Shown in pieces: positions 45,385 to 47,282 of a DNA stretch of 47,282 nt (the first letter of the stretch is position 1; each line of letters begins with the position of its first letter). The notes under the pieces are model-generated. The model searched no databases. It saw nothing but the letters and a program-made list of their open reading frames with translations, and was not told the origin of the DNA. Source of the DNA: Gemmatimonadota bacterium (GTDB lineage: Bacteria; Gemmatimonadota; Gemmatimonadetes; Gemmatimonadales; GWC2-71-9); contig JAWXBX010000195.1 of the NCBI GenBank assembly GCA_034440415.1, positions 1 through 47,282 on the forward strand, given 5' to 3'. A program made the position numbers and the translations under genes.

Positions 45385-46473
45385 CTAGAACCGCACCTGC
45401 GTGATCCGTCCCTCTGGCCCGACCAGCCATCCCGCCTGCGGTGTGGCGAAACCGGCGCTCCAATAGCTGAGGGTATCGAGCGGCTGCCAGGTCGTCCCAT
45501 CATCGGCGGTGACGGCGGCGCCCTTCGGGCCGACGGCGACGAATCGCGGGCTGCCCGCCACCGGCGCGGCGCCGTAGACTGCGCCGGGAAAGGTCGGTCG
45601 CGTGCCGGGTTTCCAGGTGAGGCCGCCATCGTGGGTGACGACGACATTGTCGGTCCAGCTGTCGGCCACACCGATATCACCACCGACTGCGATGCCATCC
45701 TTCGGTGAACGAAAGGCGATCGAGGTGTGGCCGGTGGTGCTGCTGCCCTGCACGATCGGCGTGGACACATGGGTCCAGCTCTTGCCCCGGTCGGCCGTTG
45801 AAAACAGCCGCGCTTCCTTCCCTGCGCCCGTCGCCACCCACGCCATCTGGCTGCCCTGTGTGATCACGCAGGTGCCGCTTGCGGCAAAGGCGCCTTCGCC
45901 CTCGGTAGCCCCGTCGAGATAGCGCTGCTCCCAGGTCTGGCCGGTGTCGGCGGTGACGAGATAGGGGAACCGGCCCCCCACGTTGTCGCTCCAGGCAATG
46001 CCGTTCTTCCGGTCCCAGAACGCGAAGCAGTCGTAGAACGCTTCCGGCGTGCGGTTGATGAACTGGATCTGCCAGTTCTGGCCGCCGTCGATGGTATGGT
46101 AGATCCGTGACTTGGTCCCGGGCCCGGAGGCGAGCAGCCATGCGGTCCGCGCATCGACGCCGTGCACGTCACGGAACTCCAGACTGTCCGCACCAGCGAC
46201 CGTGCCCGCCCGCCAGCTCAGACCGCCATTCGTGGTCACCACGAACGCGCCACCGGTGCCACTCGCCCACACGATCTTGTCATTGACGACGCTGATGGCC
46301 TGGAGCCGCGCGGTGGTGCCGGAGACCTGGTCCTGCAGCGTGACGCCGGAGGGCGACAGTCGGACCGGCGGCAGAGTGGCCAGGGGCGGCGGGGGGAGCG
46401 AGGGTTCGCGGTACGGGCCGTAGCAGGCCAGCGAGCCAAGGGCGACAACGGCAGCAAGAGTGTGACGGGACAT
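45385..46473 (-). CDS. BNR-repeat lipoprotein (mirror copy)
   Basis: Mirror of 810-1898. Confidence 0.8.
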   Translation of the reverse strand: MSRHTLAAVVALGSLACYGPYREPSLPPPPLATLPPVRLSPSGVTLQDQVSGTTARLQAISVVNDKIVWASGTGGAFVVTTNGGLSWRAGTVAGADSLEFRDVHGVDARTAWLLASGPGTKSRIYHTIDGGQNWQIQFINRTPEAFYDCFAFWDRKNGIAWSDNVGGRFPYLVTADTGQTWEQRYLDGATEGEGAFAASGTCVITQGSQMAWVATGAGKEARLFSTADRGKSWTHVSTPIVQGSSTTGHTSIAFRSPKDGIAVGGDIGVADSWTDNVVVTHDGGLTWKPGTRPTFPGAVYGAAPVAGSPRFVAVGPKGAAVTADDGTTWQPLDTLSYWSAGFATPQAGWLVGPEGRITQVRF

Positions 46474-46581
46474 CAGGTGCTCGGCTGATGAGAGAGAAGG
46501 GACTCGGTCTACCGTAGGACGACGGGAATAGTATCAGCAGCACCAGCGGTCCGGCGACCACCTCCCATGAGATGCAGCGTG

Positions 46582-47253
46582 TTACGCCCGGCCCCGGAGC
46601 AGCGGGATCAGCCGGACCATCCACCCGATCAGGATGATGGCGTAGAGCGGATAGAGGAGCATCAGGTCGTAGCGCCAGCCGCGGGGGCCGCGCGCTTCGT
46701 AGATCAGCCCCAGGACCAGCGCGAGCAGCGGAATGTAGAGGGTCCAGGAGGAGGCCCCGGCGCGAGCACCGAACGGCAGCATCGTGAGCCCAGCCAGGAG
46801 CATGATACCGACAAACGAGAGAATGTACGCCGTATCCATGATGGTGCCACGGTACCGGGATCCGGTGTAGCCACCGGGAATCCAGTCCCCAGTGATCCGT
46901 GCCAGACTCTCGTCGTCGGGTGACTTGAGGGTCGCCGTCATGGTCGCACCCGATACTGCCTGGAAGATGACCGCTGCTCCATCGCGCAAGTCGAGAGGGT
47001 GGAGCTGATAACCAAATTGAACTTTCGAACCGGTGGAGGAATCCCCTGCAGTGCTTCGCTGGAACGGCTCCCCGAGGAGGTCGATGACCTCCTGCGGCGT
47101 CATGCCGGGGCGGATCTCACTCCACTTCGCGCTCCGGGTCCAGGTGGCGCGTGACTCGGGGAGCAGCTCGAGGATGCAGAACAGCAGGATCGCGATCAGC
47201 GCGGCGACGAGCGACAGCGTGGCGTAGGTCAGCGCGAAACCGCGGAGGATCAC
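46582..47253 (-). CDS. Membrane protein with SmpA/BamE-like segment (mirror copy)
   Basis: Mirror of 30-701. Confidence 0.55.
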   Translation of the reverse strand: MILRGFALTYATLSLVAALIAILLFCILELLPESRATWTRSAKWSEIRPGMTPQEVIDLLGEPFQRSTAGDSSTGSKVQFGYQLHPLDLRDGAAVIFQAVSGATMTATLKSPDDESLARITGDWIPGGYTGSRYRGTIMDTAYILSFVGIMLLAGLTMLPFGARAGASSWTLYIPLLALVLGLIYEARGPRGWRYDLMLLYPLYAIILIGWMVRLIPLLRGRA

Positions 47254-47282
47254 GCCGATGGCGACCGGGCCCGGCGCCGGGC

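Overview
The 47,282-bp window is one giant inverted repeat with no spacer. Bases 1-23641 are the reverse complement of 23642-47282 (position x mirrors 47283-x), so only about 23.6 kb is unique. The fold point sits inside a GTAG-type REP-like palindrome, and the outer end (1-14) is also a palindrome. A fold-back assembly or library artefact is the most likely cause. A hairpin-ended linear element cannot be excluded, but no protelomerase or replication gene is present. The unique half looks like accessory chromosomal DNA from a high-GC bacterium; Gemmatimonadota or Acidobacteriota is inferred from the PadR plus duplicated-permease pair, the many lipoproteins and the heptamer intergenic repeats. 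It holds about 30 CDS, including BNR-repeat, SnoaL, DinB, GNAT, FKBP, three DUF4386, ADOP permease, PadR, serine hydrolase, DJ-1/PfpI, HxlR, MmcQ/YjbR, DUF2911-TPR, DEDDh exonuclease, SET, TlpA-like redoxin, PiT and TfoX genes, plus tRNA-Phe(GAA). The best biological lead is an AbiE-like HTH plus nucleotidyltransferase pair with its own promoter and palindromic operator, next to a duplicated tRNA 3' end and opposite a SET plus exonuclease pair. Several genes carry in-frame TAG codons or single-base homopolymer frameshifts. Family calls come from motif recognition by eye, not database searches.
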